From the NCBI RefSeq assembly GCF_036321535.1, contig NC_087436.1:62126001-62190000 (forward strand): 64,000 nt of DNA, read 5' to 3'. Numbering within the stretch: the stretch's first letter is position 1; each line of letters begins with the position of its first letter. Shown piece after piece: positions 13,320 to 26,175 of this stretch. A program made the position numbers and the translations under genes. The stretch comes from Camelus dromedarius (taxonomy: Eukaryota). The notes under the pieces were generated by a model. That model was not told the origin of the DNA and ran no database searches. It saw only the letters and a program-made list of their open reading frames with translations.

Positions 13320-14330
13320 CTATAAATGACATGGAATAGCATATATTTGTAGGACAAAGAGAATGAATAAAGAGATAAAAGTAAAATATTCTGAAATATG
13401 GAAATGGATGAGCGATAAATGACAACAAAAACAAACAAACAAAAAACTGATACTAAAGGAACAGTGGAATAAAAGCATAATATTTCAAAAACCCAAAAAC
13501 ACTCAGGAAATGGTAGCAGTGTATACATCTTGAAATGAGGATGCACTCTAGAACAGAATTCAACAGGCTGTAAAGGGAGACAACATAATCAAACTCTGTA
13601 GAACGTATCAACAAATTACAGCATAAATTTTTTTAAGTATATATGTGTTACATATATTAGATATGAAAGAAGTGAAAAAAATGGATGTATAATTAAGGGG
13701 ATAGGAGTAGCCAATATTAACAATAGTAACAAGAAGACAAGGATTTTAAAAACTTGTCATAAATATGTTCAAGGTAACAAAGAAAAGGATGCTCATAATG
13801 AATAAAAAGAAGAGAAATAAAATCTATCCAGATGTCTGGAATGGAAAAGGAAATTCAAGAACTTAAAAGGTAATATCTGGAGTGAAAAATGAATGGGATT
13901 ACCAGAAGGTTAGTGGCTGCAAAAATATTAAATAAATGAATAAATAAATAAAGAGAAATTGAAATATATATCAACAGAGATGATCCAATCTGAATTTAAA
14001 AAGGGATTTTAAAAATTGAGAGAATATTAAGAGATCCTCAGGATTATGCTGGACAATGGGACAATATTAAGGAGTCTTTATATAAATAAATTGAAATCCC
14101 TGAAAATGAAGTGAGTAAGTAATTCAGATAAAAAAAAAAAAACTTAAACAAATAATTGCCAAAATTCCCAATATGTTAAAAACCATCCAGATCCAACAAG
14201 CTAAATAAATTCAAGCAGGATAGATTAAAAGAAAACAGTCACATAATAACCAAACACCAAAGATAAAGAGAGATCTTAAAAATATCCAGAAAAATGTGAT
14301 AAAATTTTAATTACCAAGGATATGCATATA
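13320..14330 (+). mobile_element. Highly decayed L1M ORF1-region fragment
   Basis: A-rich strand with ORF1-like motifs: atccaatctgaa, tgggacaatattaag, ccagatccaacaagct, caaagataaagagagatcttaaa. Confidence 0.65.
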
Positions 14331-14479
14331 AAGCCACAATGATAAATAATCACACATCATGAGAATGGGTCAAATTAAAAATATTTCTAAGGATGCAACT
14401 CCACGTTTCTATACATCGATGAGATTAAGCTCCTATTAACTATAGTGAAAAAGTGCTTAATAAAGCACCCAGTATTTCC

Positions 14480-14815
14480 TTCCTTCCTTTCCCTTTTTCA
14501 TTTCTCCACTCTTATCAGTCTTTCCTGGCATTCTGTTTACACTTGAGTTCTTGACTCAGAATCTGCTTTTATGGAAATTTAGATCAAGATAGTTTCTGTG
14601 AATGCTATTGATCCTACTTTCAGACATTCTTGGGTTACTTTCACTATCTGCCCTCTTCCTATTCCTCTAGCATGTTTTACTTCTAGGGTTACACTGCTCT
14701 CCCTAGGGGACTTCCCTTGGGCTACTAAGTATCCTTTTCTACAAGTGCCTTACTTAATTGCTTGCACAGATCTCCTCTCTCACTGTTTGCTTCTAGGGAA
14801 TCTAGCCTCAGACAA
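14480..14815 (+). mobile_element. ERVL LTR 3' fragments (LTR33/LTR16 class), probably two
   Basis: Two ends of the type ctcagaatctgctttt...agatcaagata and ctcactgtttgcttctagggaatctagcctcagaca. Confidence 0.45.
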
Positions 14816-17800
14816 TTTTCTCTACCTTTCCTCTAGTTACCTGTCACTTCCCATAATTAACAAACTTATTATTTGAGTGTTTTAAACCAAATATCCCAAG
14901 TTATTTTATTTCTTTCATAGTATAGGGAACTACCTATCCTTACAATATTTTTCTAGGGTAATGTTTTTAGACTAGTCTGTACCATGATATAGGGCATTTT
15001 TTCCTTTAGTGGTATTTTTGCTTAGTCTTTTTTTCTATTTAATATTTGCTTTTAAACAGGAGCAATTTTGAACCAATTTATCAAAAATAGGGTAAGAAAA
15101 TATCAAAGAAAATTTAGATTTAGAAAACTGTCTTTCTAAATTGCTGGTCATCTTTAAAATGTTGTGATGCAGCTTAAACATGAAAATATAAACAGTCATC
15201 ATATGACTTGCAGAGATATTCTAGAGAAAAGAGTTCTCTTTGTTTCTATATGTTTGGTGTCTGCTATCAACATCTGCACAACTGATTTCTGCTGCTTCTC
15301 CTTCCTCCTATGTTTCTTTGTGTTTCAAAAGTTTATAGGATTTTTTTGTCTGTATTGAGATAAATATTTCTTCTGTAATTAAATGAAAGAGAGTAACATT
15401 ACCCCTATTAACAGAATAATAATTTAATTTCTGTGTTTATTCATATTTTAAATGCCAAGTGTACAATCATACTAAGCAACTTCAAGTGTTCCCTGCTTTG
15501 CATAATTCTTGATTTCTCTATAATATTATAATGGATCCTTAGTTTTCTTGTCAGTTTGGGAAGATCATCAGTTCAAATCAGATCATCATTCCTTGTTTGA
15601 AAAAAAGGATAGAATACTTTTTGAGTTCTCTCTCTTCTGTATGATTTTTTAAATTCAACTCCATAAAAATACTTATGAGAGAAGAGTTAAGTTACAGCTA
15701 AGAAGCTTCTTCTCTAATTATGAAGTTATAGTTCAAAAATTGGTAAGATGCTAAACTTTTATGAGAATTTCAAGATTTGGATAATTATAAAAATTTTAAA
15801 TGCTGGGGGAAAAAAAAATCTAATTTTTACTAACCCACTTAAGAGTATTCCATTGAAGTTTACCTAAATGGAAAATTCAGATAAATGTATTATACAAAGA
15901 TATGACTTGAAGTGGTCTTAGAATTATCATCCTTAAACTCCATTATACCTGAATTAATAACAGAGTAATAGTTCCAGGGCCATGTATTTAATTCTAAATG
16001 TCATTTTTAAACTACTTACATGTATGTTCTTCATTTGACCATAGAATTAAAGTTTTTAAGGGAGCAGGGAGAGCATCTAAATTCAAGCTGTCAATATTAC
16101 AGATGAAGAGTTGGGGCAGAAGAACCAAATGCCTTTTTCTTTATCACATAATATGCCATTTTCAGGGCTACATTTGGAATCCACATCCAGAATTACATGC
16201 ATAGGCCTCATTTTGTTATAAAAGAAATAGATTGATTTGGAGCCCTTGCTATTTTGTTCCTGACTATTCACTAAGAAGCTGAAAGGATTGTGGCACTGAA
16301 TTTTTAATTAACATATATTCACTCAGATAATAAATAAAGGTTTTTGAACATTATATAGATATGGCAAAGACTTCTTGATCTACTTTCAAATCAATGCTAA
16401 ATGCTTATAGAAGTGTGATCATTTGTTTTGGAAAAAAGAAAAAAAAAAAAAAAAAAAAAGACTGCCCATAAATTTAAATCAGTTATCTCTGGAATACCTC
16501 TGTGACTTATACTTAAAAATCTGACAGGAGGAAATAATAAATAAGGCACCTTACCTTCAGCTTTCAATTTATCAGATTTCAATCACTGTTTGATCATTAA
16601 TTTAAGAGTAGAAGTATAATCAGATTAAGAAAAAAAATCTATGATCTCAACTATCATGTTAAGCACTCAGTGCTTATTTTTAGGCATGTGTTCAGATTCT
16701 GACGTTAAGGATGATAAATTGTACACATCTGTCCTGGCATCTGTTGTAAGCATATTTGCCAAATTCCAAATTATTTTCAATTAGGAAATAAGAAAACCCC
16801 AAATTATGTAAATAATTTTGTATATGTTGATCATGGAGTTATGAAATAAGAATGTTTAAAAAAGGTGTTAACGTAGTGAAGTGTTTGAAAGGAATTCTAA
16901 TATACAAGGCTGCCTAGAATGGCATTGTTTCTTTAAAGAGTTCAGGCATATTATATAGACATGTCTATGACATAATACAGAAAAGCAATGATATATAACC
17001 TGGTAATTTTTTCTGAGAAGCAGGTTACATTAAACACCAACAAGCACAACCATATTGGGACTCCCTTTCCAATCCTTCAGTCTTTTTAACAGAACCATTT
17101 GGAGAGAAGAAAAGAAAAAAAACCAGTAAGTGATTTTTTGTTTTTTTACGCCTATTGAAGTTCTGTCATGCAAATGCAGTCTTCATAGAGTCTTGGAATA
17201 AGCAATGACTTAGCATTTTATCCAATTACTTTTGCCAAGGTCTATATTCACCTTGTGTGAGCTGAGTTGAAGCATAAATTGATTCAAAGTCTATCCTCAA
17301 TTTGAACCCCAAGAAATGCCACCTTATTTAGTATTGGAAAAGATGGATAACATTTGAAAGAAAAAGAGATCTTATATCAGTAATACACTTACAATGGTAA
17401 GAATCCGATCAGGCTATCAAATAATTGCAAGAATAAAATATATTATTTTTCAAAGTTTATTAACTCTATTTGAGACATTTAAGAAAAAAAAATAAAAACA
17501 ATTGTTTTAATCAAATGGGGAAATAGCCAGAGAAGCTATTTCCAGAGAACTGGAAAAATCAAGGGAAAGCCAAGTTGCTCTGAGTAATAAAGTGAGGACA
17601 GTGGCCAGAGAGGAAATGATGGGTATGGAAGATGATGACAGTCAGATGACAAGTGTCCATAGAGAGGCAGAAAGGTGCAATTTGGAAGGCTTGTTATGTG
17701 ACAGGAAATGCAATATCTACTCCATACCTCCAGGAAAGCTTCAGTGAAATCTATCATTTCTATCCATGGCTTCTGAAGGTTTTTTTTAATGCAAAGATAT

Positions 17801-18781
17801 GGGAAATTATTCTTGATCTTTCTAAATTACACAAGCGTTTTCTTTCCTTATGATACCCAAGTTGTTCAACTCAGTAACAGAAAGAAACTAAGGCAGTCAT
17901 TTAAGATCAGACTTGTCAGTTTGGAGGGTTTTTCTATTGCAGACTTGGGTTTTCAGAAAGGTCACCAGAAGCATGCTAGATTATTTCTGATGGTGGAAAT
18001 CTAAGAAGCTACCTCAGAACATTGTAGGATGGAAATTATGCTTAATTCTATGTCTATAAACTCACAGTTTCTTAAGAAATATGAATCTTTCTTAGGAAAG
18101 GAGAAGAAGTGTGTGCCAGATATACTTGGAAATAGGATCCACCAAAGAATGGGCTGCTGATAAAGCAATATATAAAACAAATTTGAAAGTGCTTGTACAG
18201 GCTACACACCACCAGCCACTAAAAGAGTTTCAAGGTGGTACAGAGGCAGGGATAATCATGGAAGGTGCAGCAAGAAAATGCCACTGAATTGTTGTAGGGT
18301 TGGCAGGTGTGTGACAGAGATTAAGAGAGCTAAGTGAGCCTGCGTTAGTCTAAGTGGAGCCCAAACTCTCAAATCATTATGCTTGCTGGGAGAATAGCAA
18401 TTGTACTTAAAAGGATTTGGGGCACTGTAGTTTTTTGCCTGGATTTTTGTGTAAAGGAGAATGTGTTTCAACAGAAAGGGGAAAAAAGGATTTTTGAATA
18501 TATTTGAATATATAGAGATGAATAGCTAATGCTGAACACAACAAGAAACTTAAGGAGAAAAAGTCACTGCATCAGGTCAGGGCTAAAATAGTATTATAAA
18601 AAGCTATACTTCAACATGTCAAAATTCTTGCCATCATTATAAGAATAAAGCATACTTTAAGGTCCAATTATAAATGCTGTTGGAGAATTTCAGGATGTGG
18701 CCTGATTCCACGCTTCAGCATCCTTCTTCTCTCCAAAGGGATACTAAACCCTGTATACAGATTCAGCTCCACTTCTTTCTT

Positions 18782-18870
18782 TTTTAATTAATTAATCAAT
18801 TTATTGTTATTGAAGTACAGTTGATTTTCAATGTTATGTTAGTTTCATGTATATAGCAAAGTGATTCAGT

Positions 18871-18902
<32 letters not shown>

Positions 18903-19514
18903 CACACACATATATATATATTCTTTTTCAGATTCTTCTCCATTATGGGTTATTACAAAATATTGAATATAGTTCCCTGTGCTCTATAGTATGTCCTTGC
19001 TGTTTATCTATTTTATATAGTAGTGTGTATATGTTAATTCCAAACTCCTGATTTATCACTTCACCCCCACCCCTTTGCCCTTTGGAAATCATACTTTGTC
19101 TCCTATGTCTGAGTCTACTTCTGGTTTGTAAATAAGTTCATTTGTATCATTTTTTAGATTCCACATACAAGTGATATCATATGATATTTGTCTTTGTCTG
19201 ATTTACCTCACTTAATATGATAAACTCTAGGTCCATCCATGTTGCTGCAAATGGCATTATTTCATTCTTTTTATGACTGAGAAATATTCCATTATATATA
19301 TACCACATCTTTATCCACTTATCTGTCAATGGACATGTCTTGGCTATTGCAAATAGTGTTGCTATGAACATTGGGGTGCATGTATGTTTTTAAATTGGAG
19401 TTTTCTCCGGATATATACCCAGGAGTGGGATTGCTGGATCATATGGTAACTCTATTTTCAGTTTTTTAAGGAACCTCCACACTGTTCTCCATAGTGGCTG
19501 CACCAATCTACATT
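18782..19514 (-). mobile_element. L1 3' segment (non-inverted part of a 5'-inverted insertion)
   Basis: T-rich tail and 3' UTR with a (TA)n(CA)n microsatellite. ORF 19177-19371(-) encodes MFIATLFAIAK...MPFAATWMDLEFIILSEV, the ORF2 C-terminus. Confidence 0.92.
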
Positions 19515-19515
19515 G

Positions 19516-20119
19516 AAACCATACTCAATGGTGAAAAGCTGAAAGCATTTCTTCTAAGATAAGGAACAAGGCAAGGATGCCCACTCTCTCCACTTTTATT
19601 CAACATAGTTTTAGAAGTCCTAGTCACAGTAATCAGAGGAGAAAAGGAAATAAAAGGGATCCAAACTGGAAAGGAAGAAGTAAAACCGTCACTGTTTGTG
19701 AGTGATGTGATACTATACATAGAAAATCCTAAAGATGCTACCAGAAAACTACTAGAGCTCTACAATGAATTCAGTAAAGTTGCAGGATACAAAATTAATA
19801 TACAGAAATCCAATGCATTTCCATACACTAACAGTGAAATATCAGAAAGAGAAATTAAGGAAACAATCCCATTTACCATTGCATCAAAAAGAATAAAATA
19901 CCCAGGAATAAACTTACCTAAGGAGGCAAAAGACCTGTACTCCAAAAACTATAAGACACTGATGAAAGAAATTGAAGATAAAACAAACAAATGGAAAGAT
20001 ATACCGTGTTCTTGGACTGGAAAAATCAATGTTGTTAAAATGGCTATATTACCCATGGCAATATATAGATTCAGTTCAATCCCTTTCAAGTTACCAATGG
20101 CACTTTTCACAGAACTGGA
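19516..20119 (+). pseudogene. L1 ORF2 reverse-transcriptase fragment (inverted part), inactive
   Basis: Reads [33 protein letters not shown]...[23 protein letters not shown]...[14 protein letters not shown]...[22 protein letters not shown]. There is an in-frame stop, and the catalytic FADD motif is changed to FVSD. Confidence 0.95.
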
Positions 20120-21044
20120 TCTACTCCCTTCTTAAGATGGAATTTAACTTTAGGCAGAGGGATTTTAAAAGCTGCTGCCTGATATGTTAATACCCTGAAT
20201 CATGTTATACTTGATTGCAAGGCAACCTTCTTCATGTGGCCCATTTCTTCAAACATGGTTTCTGTCTTTTTCCCTGAAATGCCATCTCTAATTTATTATG
20301 GTAAATGTTTTACTGCTTCCTTATACTCAAGTCCCTGTGTCAGTAACCCATCTGAGATCCCATTTCTTTAGGGCTCTGTCCCTGTCTGGTCTTTAATGCT
20401 TTTTTCCCAGAACACAATTGTGTCTGTGGTTCTGCTGTCCTCTGGTAAATGCCGTGACACTCCTTCCCACATCAGTGAATAAGTGCTGCTTTGGAATTCA
20501 CCACAATGAATTCCTATGATTCACCTCTTTGCTAAGATCAAGGCACCTCAAATACTCATGTTGGGACATGGTACCAAAAGTGCTTCTTGTGTTTACGAGG
20601 CTGTCTCCCACCACCTGAAATGCATCTCTCTAATAACTGGATTCCACAATCTAGCCCTTTACCAGTCCTGCTGTAACTCCTCCTAATATAAGAGATCTAA
20701 ACTGAAGGACTATCAGGTGCAATTATTCTAATGGTATTCTAGAACATGATGTCCCAGAGGGTGCCTCGGGAAACCCCAGGTGGAGAGTATGAGGAGTTTA
20801 CATGCTTCGAGCTCCAGAACATCCAGCCCTTTGTTTAATCATTAAAAAAATTATGTAATGCCTTCTATGTGACAGGCACTGTATTAGGAAGTTCATTCAA
20901 AAAAGGTGCACTTTTAAATCTTATAGTCCCACTGTTTAAAAATATTTTCAAATTGATTATGATAAAATGCTAACATTTCATTTTAGTAAGAAAAGGGACA
21001 GAGGCTTTTTTTGTCTTTGCAACCTTACAAAGCTAATAAAGATT

Positions 21045-21170
21045 TCATTTATTGAGTAACTCCTGTGTGCCAAGCATTGCACTAGGTGTTTTAAATGTGA
21101 TATATATTTTTTATCTTCTCAATAAACTTCTTGGATAGGTACAATTATTATTTTAATTGTCAATATGAGA
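21045..21170 (-). mobile_element. MIR remnant
   Basis: catttattgagtaactcctgtgtgccaagcattgcactaggtgtttta...ctcaataaac. Confidence 0.65.
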
Positions 21171-22399
21171 AAAGACAACAGATCTAGTAAGAGATAAAGC
21201 AAGCTCTGCATCCAGTCAGTCTGTCTCCAGGACCTTCCATCCTTACCATGTTGGAAAGTCTGACCTCCAATCCAGAGACCTTTGGAACAGAGCCATGGTT
21301 AAAAGGTGTCTCTCCTTTCTTTAATTATTTCTTTGCATAAGCAATAGTCCAAAAACTCATTTCTCAAAAATATGATTTAAATTACTTTTTGAATTAGCTA
21401 CATATCCTTGCTTTAGAGTAAATACATAGCTTTTAAATGTCACTATCAATGGAGGCGCATTGTTTCTCCTTAAATGCAAATGATCGTACAAATCCTCTGA
21501 AAGCTAAGAGACTTCAATAGTCACTTGTAATTTTGTTACAGATGAATTATAGCTGGATTTAGTAAAATATTTTTGACATGCCAGATTATTAAATCTTACT
21601 TGGAAATGACCAAATTGATTTTCACATGATTTCTATTTCATAGACTAGAGGTAGACTGAATAGCATTGAAGAAATATATATATAGTTATACATAAACATA
21701 TAGTATTGATTTCTTTTATTGGATACCATCAAAATATATTTAACAGAATTTCTATAAAGCAAATTCAGTTTCCCAATGAATTCCATCATAAAATTAGAAA
21801 TAGTCTTTCAGAATAAATTTTTAAAAGATCAATTTAAAATATTTATTAAAACATGATTTTTATTAGAGATGGTTAACGGCATAACTACACACATTGGGAT
21901 TGTATTAGCATCCTTTGACACTTGTATAACATACAACTCTGCGCTCCTGGAATATGTCTTTCTTTTCCTCTGGCTGGGTTCAATTTGGCAGAGCCTGGCA
22001 CAAATAAATGCCAATGAATGCTCCACACAGGATATGCTTTACTGATAATACCACAAAGTTATATCCGAGATAGAGAGTAAATATTAGTAGAGAAATGTAA
22101 ATAGAAAAGATGTGCCTATTTTGCTGAAAATGATAAAGGAAAACTTTTAGTTTATATCTTCAAATATGCACACATATTTTAATAGTTCACTTATCTGTAT
22201 TGTTAAAGGGAAAGAAGGTATTGAAATATATGTGTTTTTCCGGATATTTGAAATGTAACTTATAGGACTATGTACTAAATCCAGATAAGAATGAGGAGTA
22301 ACAGAAATGAGGATTTAATATAGCTCTAGTGTATTAAACTAAGATTACACCAGTTTTATTTTGTTCACTCACAAGATTACATTTTATAGGGATATTTAG

Positions 22400-22700
22400 A
22401 GATAGGAGCCCATCAAAGAATGATATTCAGAGTGGGAAAATATCTAAAAACCATTCACACTGAAAAAGAGCTATAGAAGGAGGAGAGAATACTTATTAGG
22501 TGTACTGGTATCTGTTTGCAAATAACTGAATATCCATTATAAAAAACCAACACAGAAGAGGATTCAATATCAAAAAGTTGAGCAAGTCCTAAGAGTTGAA
22601 AGTATAGTAGATTTCAGTTCATTATGAGAATCAATTTTCTAATGATTATAATTGCTCTGAAATGAATCCTGTGTCACAGATCTATTCAGCCAAGGACAGA
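22400..22700 (+). mobile_element. L3/CR1 LINE 3' remnant
   Basis: caaataactgaa...agaagaggatt...agatttcagttcattatgagaatcaattttctaa resembles the L3 3' consensus. Confidence 0.5.
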
Positions 22701-23169
22701 AAAATATCTCTTTCTTACAGAAGTCCTTATATGGAGAAATTATATACTACTTTCAAAAAATGTGGTTTGTTTTCAAGGCATAGGTAAATACTGAAGAAAA
22801 TTTAGAAAGCACTAAACTGGAAAGAATATTTAACTTAACATTAGTTCTAGGACACCAATAATCACAAGAAATTTTTGATGTGCACCCAGGGTTAGGAACC
22901 ATGATGACTGACCTAGCTCCAAATGCAAGAGGAAATCTAATGAGCAAGTTGGGGAAGATCCCTGGAGAGGTTGCTATCTAAAGTGTGATTTGAACTATGA
23001 GGGGATAAATATGCCAAAAACAGTTAAGGGAGTGAGGAAGGCTGAAGCAGCAGAATAAATAGAGAGCATAAAGTGCAGGTAATTGCAGGTGTCTATCGTA
23101 CAAGGAAGACTGCAGTGAGAAGTGAATAGGAAAGGTGAGGAGTCTGGTGCCTGGCTAAAATGCATACGC

Positions 23170-23760
23170 CTATGTGTGATTTTTCAGACCCAACCAAAGG
23201 CATATAAAAAAGGACATAACTGACAGGTCTCACAGGGAAAAGCTGCCCTCCACACACTAGATCTGTGCGCAGCTAGTTCACTGTCTTCTCCAAAAAGAGT
23301 TGCAGTCAAGGGCACAGACCCACCGACGAGCCAAACTCTTAGGCATTTCAACATTTCTAGCCTGAGCAGAAGCCCACCTGGGGCCTTTATCTGATGAAAG
23401 GAAGAGAAAGTTTGAAAACACTCTTCTCTGACTCAGAACTCAGTACTTTTTCACATCTAGCCCTTCCCCCTTCCCCTCTCCCAGCCCACAGGTCCATAAA
23501 ACTACAGGAGCCTTTTGTTCCAGGCTCCCTTAGTAGGGATCTGTGTAGATCTTCCTGCCCTTCTGCTGGTGCCATCCCCGGGGCGGGGATGGAAATGAAG
23601 CAGTGGGGGAATCAACGCTTTCTCTGGCTTAGCCTCTCCTTTCTACTATTGCAGGAAGTCACTAAAGGCTTAGTTGTTACCTTCATTTTTTGTTTGTTTG
23701 TTTTCATTGGTTAGTTCAACACCCAACACCTGACATCTCAGGAATTTACAGCTCAGCTCC
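23170..23760 (+). mobile_element. ERVL-class solo LTR (MER74/MER73-like)
   Basis: GC-richer island with the TATA-like block gtccataaaactacaggagccttttgttc and a downstream polyA-like actaaaggctt. Confidence 0.5.
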
Positions 23761-23839
23761 ACCTCTGACAAAAGGAAGGAAGTGATCATTTAGAATCTGA
23801 ATAGTGTGGAGTTTTCCCTAAAAGTAATACACATGAGTA

Positions 23840-25140
23840 GGGCAGCTGCATGTAAATCAATGAAATTAGAACACTCCCTCACACCATACACAAAAATAAA
23901 CTCAAAATGACTTAAAGACTTAAACATAAGACAAGACACTATAAACTCCTTAGAAGAAAACATAGGCAAAACATTCTCTGATATAAATCTTAGCAATGTT
24001 CTCTTAGGGCAGTCTACCAAGGTAAAAGAAATAAAAGTAAAAATAAACAAATGGGACCTAATTAAACTTATAAAGCTTTTGCACAGCAAAGGAAACCATA
24101 AGAAAAACAAAAAGACAACCTACAGAAAAGGAAAAAAATATTTGCAAAAGATGAGACTGACAAAGGCTTAATTTCTAGAATATATAAACAGCTTAATAAT
24201 AAAAAAAAAAACAAACCCAATCCAAAAATGGGCAGAAGACCTAAACAAGCAATTCTCCAATGAAGACTTACAAATGGCTAACAGGGACATGAAAAAATGT
24301 TCAATATCACTAATTATCAGAAAATTGCAAATCAAAACTGGAATCTCCTCACACGAGTCAGAATGGACATCATTAAAAACTCCACAATAAATGCTGGAGA
24401 GGGTGTGGAAAAAAGGGAACCCTCCTACACTGTTGGTGGGAATGTAGCTTAGTGCAGCCATTATGGAAAACAGTATGGAGATTCCTCAAAAAACTAAAAA
24501 TAAACTTACCATATGATCCAGCAATCACACTCATGGGCAGATATCCAGAGGGAACTTTAATTCAAAAGATATGTGCACAACAATGTTCAACGCAGCACTG
24601 TTTACAATAGCCAAGACATGGGAACAACCCATATGTTCATGGACAGATGACTGGATAAAGAAGTTGTGGTATATTTATACAATGGAATACTACTCAGCCA
24701 TAAAAAATAAAATAATGCTATTTGCAGCAACATGGATGTACCTGGAGATTGTCTTTCTAAGTGAAGTAAGCCAGAAAGAGAAAGAAAAATACCATATGAT
24801 ATCACTTATATGTGGAATCTAAAAAAAGACAAAACAACTTATTTACAAAACAGAAACAGACTCACAGACACAGAAAACAAACTTATGGCTACTAGAGGAG
24901 GAAGGGGGTGGGAAATGATAAATTGAGAGTTTTAGATTTGCAGATACTATCTACAATGAATAAAATAAATAAACAAGTTTATACTGTATGACACAGGGAA
25001 CTATATTCAATATCTTGTAGTAACCTATAATGAAAAAGAATATGAAAATGAATATATGTATGTATAAGTCAGACTGAACTATTATGCTGTATAGCAGAAC
25101 TTGGCACAACATTTTAAACTGACTATACTTCAATAAAAAA
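23840..25140 (+). mobile_element. 5'-truncated L1 (ORF2 C-terminus plus 3' UTR)
   Basis: ORF 24571-24822 encodes MFNAALFTIAKTWEQP...WIKKLWYIYTMEYYSAIK. The element ends ctatacttcaataaaaaa, and cacatgagta is repeated at 23830-23839 and 25144-25153 (TSD core). Confidence 0.95.
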
Positions 25141-25994
25141 GTCCACATGAGTAATAATGAATGTTAAAATGTTAGTCTTTGGCAGTGGTTATGGGAATGC
25201 TGCATGTATTTGATAACTGTCTAGGAGGTAGATGCTACAGAATTTGATGATTTATGATGTAAGATCATGGTAAATCATGAAGAGTAATCAAGGTTGACTT
25301 TTAGACTTACTTCTTAGGGATTTGGATAGCCTGAGCTGTTCACTTACATGATAAGAATACCAGAGGCAAATCAAATTTGGGTGGGGATAATTTCAGTCTA
25401 GGGTATGATGAGATGCTATGAAATGAAAATGGCCAAAATGAAAATGGCCAGGAGTTAGTTGGACCAATCAGACTTGTGTTTAAGAGAAAGGAGGTGGAGG
25501 GTGTTGGGGGGGGGGGGAGAGAGAAAGTGAGAGTGCGAGAGCTTTTAGTATAATAGGATAATGAGGGATATTTTTGAGGTAATTTCAATCTGTACCATAG
25601 TTTAATCATGACAGTGTTTAAAGTCTTCAAGGAAAAATGAGTATAAAGAAAAGAGAAATTAGAAAAGAATTCTGGGGCATGCTGATATTTAAGGCATTGG
25701 CCTGGAGTGTGGAGCTGATGAGTACACTAAAATGTAGTGGTCAAAGCAACATTTATCCCACTGAATTCTGCCACTTAACACTTTTAAGATTCACCAGAAG
25801 GGTCTTCTTCCACATTCCCCCAAACTCAACTTCCTCCTACTTCAGAGTCTGAAATAAGTTATTTTCTCTACTTAGAAAACACCTGCTGCCTTCCCCTAAA
25901 TCTGCCTAGTCATCTACTCTATATTTGCTGGCCTCAATTTAAAAATCCTTTCCCTCCTAAGGTGTATAAAAAAAAAAAAAAATCAGGAAGGTGG

Positions 25995-26175
25995 AACTAG
26001 ACAATCTGCTCAAATCCCAACTCCTCATCTTAAAAATTCCGTGACATTGGCAACTCTCTTAACATCTCTGCACTTCAGCCTCATCATTTGTAAAACAGAT
26101 AATGAGGACTAAATACCTAAAGCGTACAGAGCAGTGCTGGCCCAGAGGAGGTGCTCAGTCAACATTGGCAATTAC
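25995..26175 (+). mobile_element. MIR remnant
   Basis: caaatcccaactc...gtgacattggcaactctcttaacatctctgcacttcagcctcatcatttgtaaaacag. Confidence 0.75.

Larger units (their letters stand above)
22850..25720 (-). mobile_element. L2 LINE remnant interrupted by an LTR and an L1
   Basis: L2-like text is present at ~22850-23150, 23770-23839 and 25154-25720 (ggcagtggttatggga...aggaggtagatgctacagaatttgatgat; ggggataatttcagtctagggtatgatgag). Confidence 0.55.

Noticed and set aside
19698..20135. 145-aa ORF with reverse-transcriptase similarity as a novel RT system
   Set aside because: It is an ordinary L1 ORF2 fragment with an upstream stop and a destroyed catalytic motif (FVSD for FADD).
25421..25450. 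15-bp perfect tandem duplication (aaatgaaaatggcca x2)
   Set aside because: It is real but is a routine slippage event inside L2.
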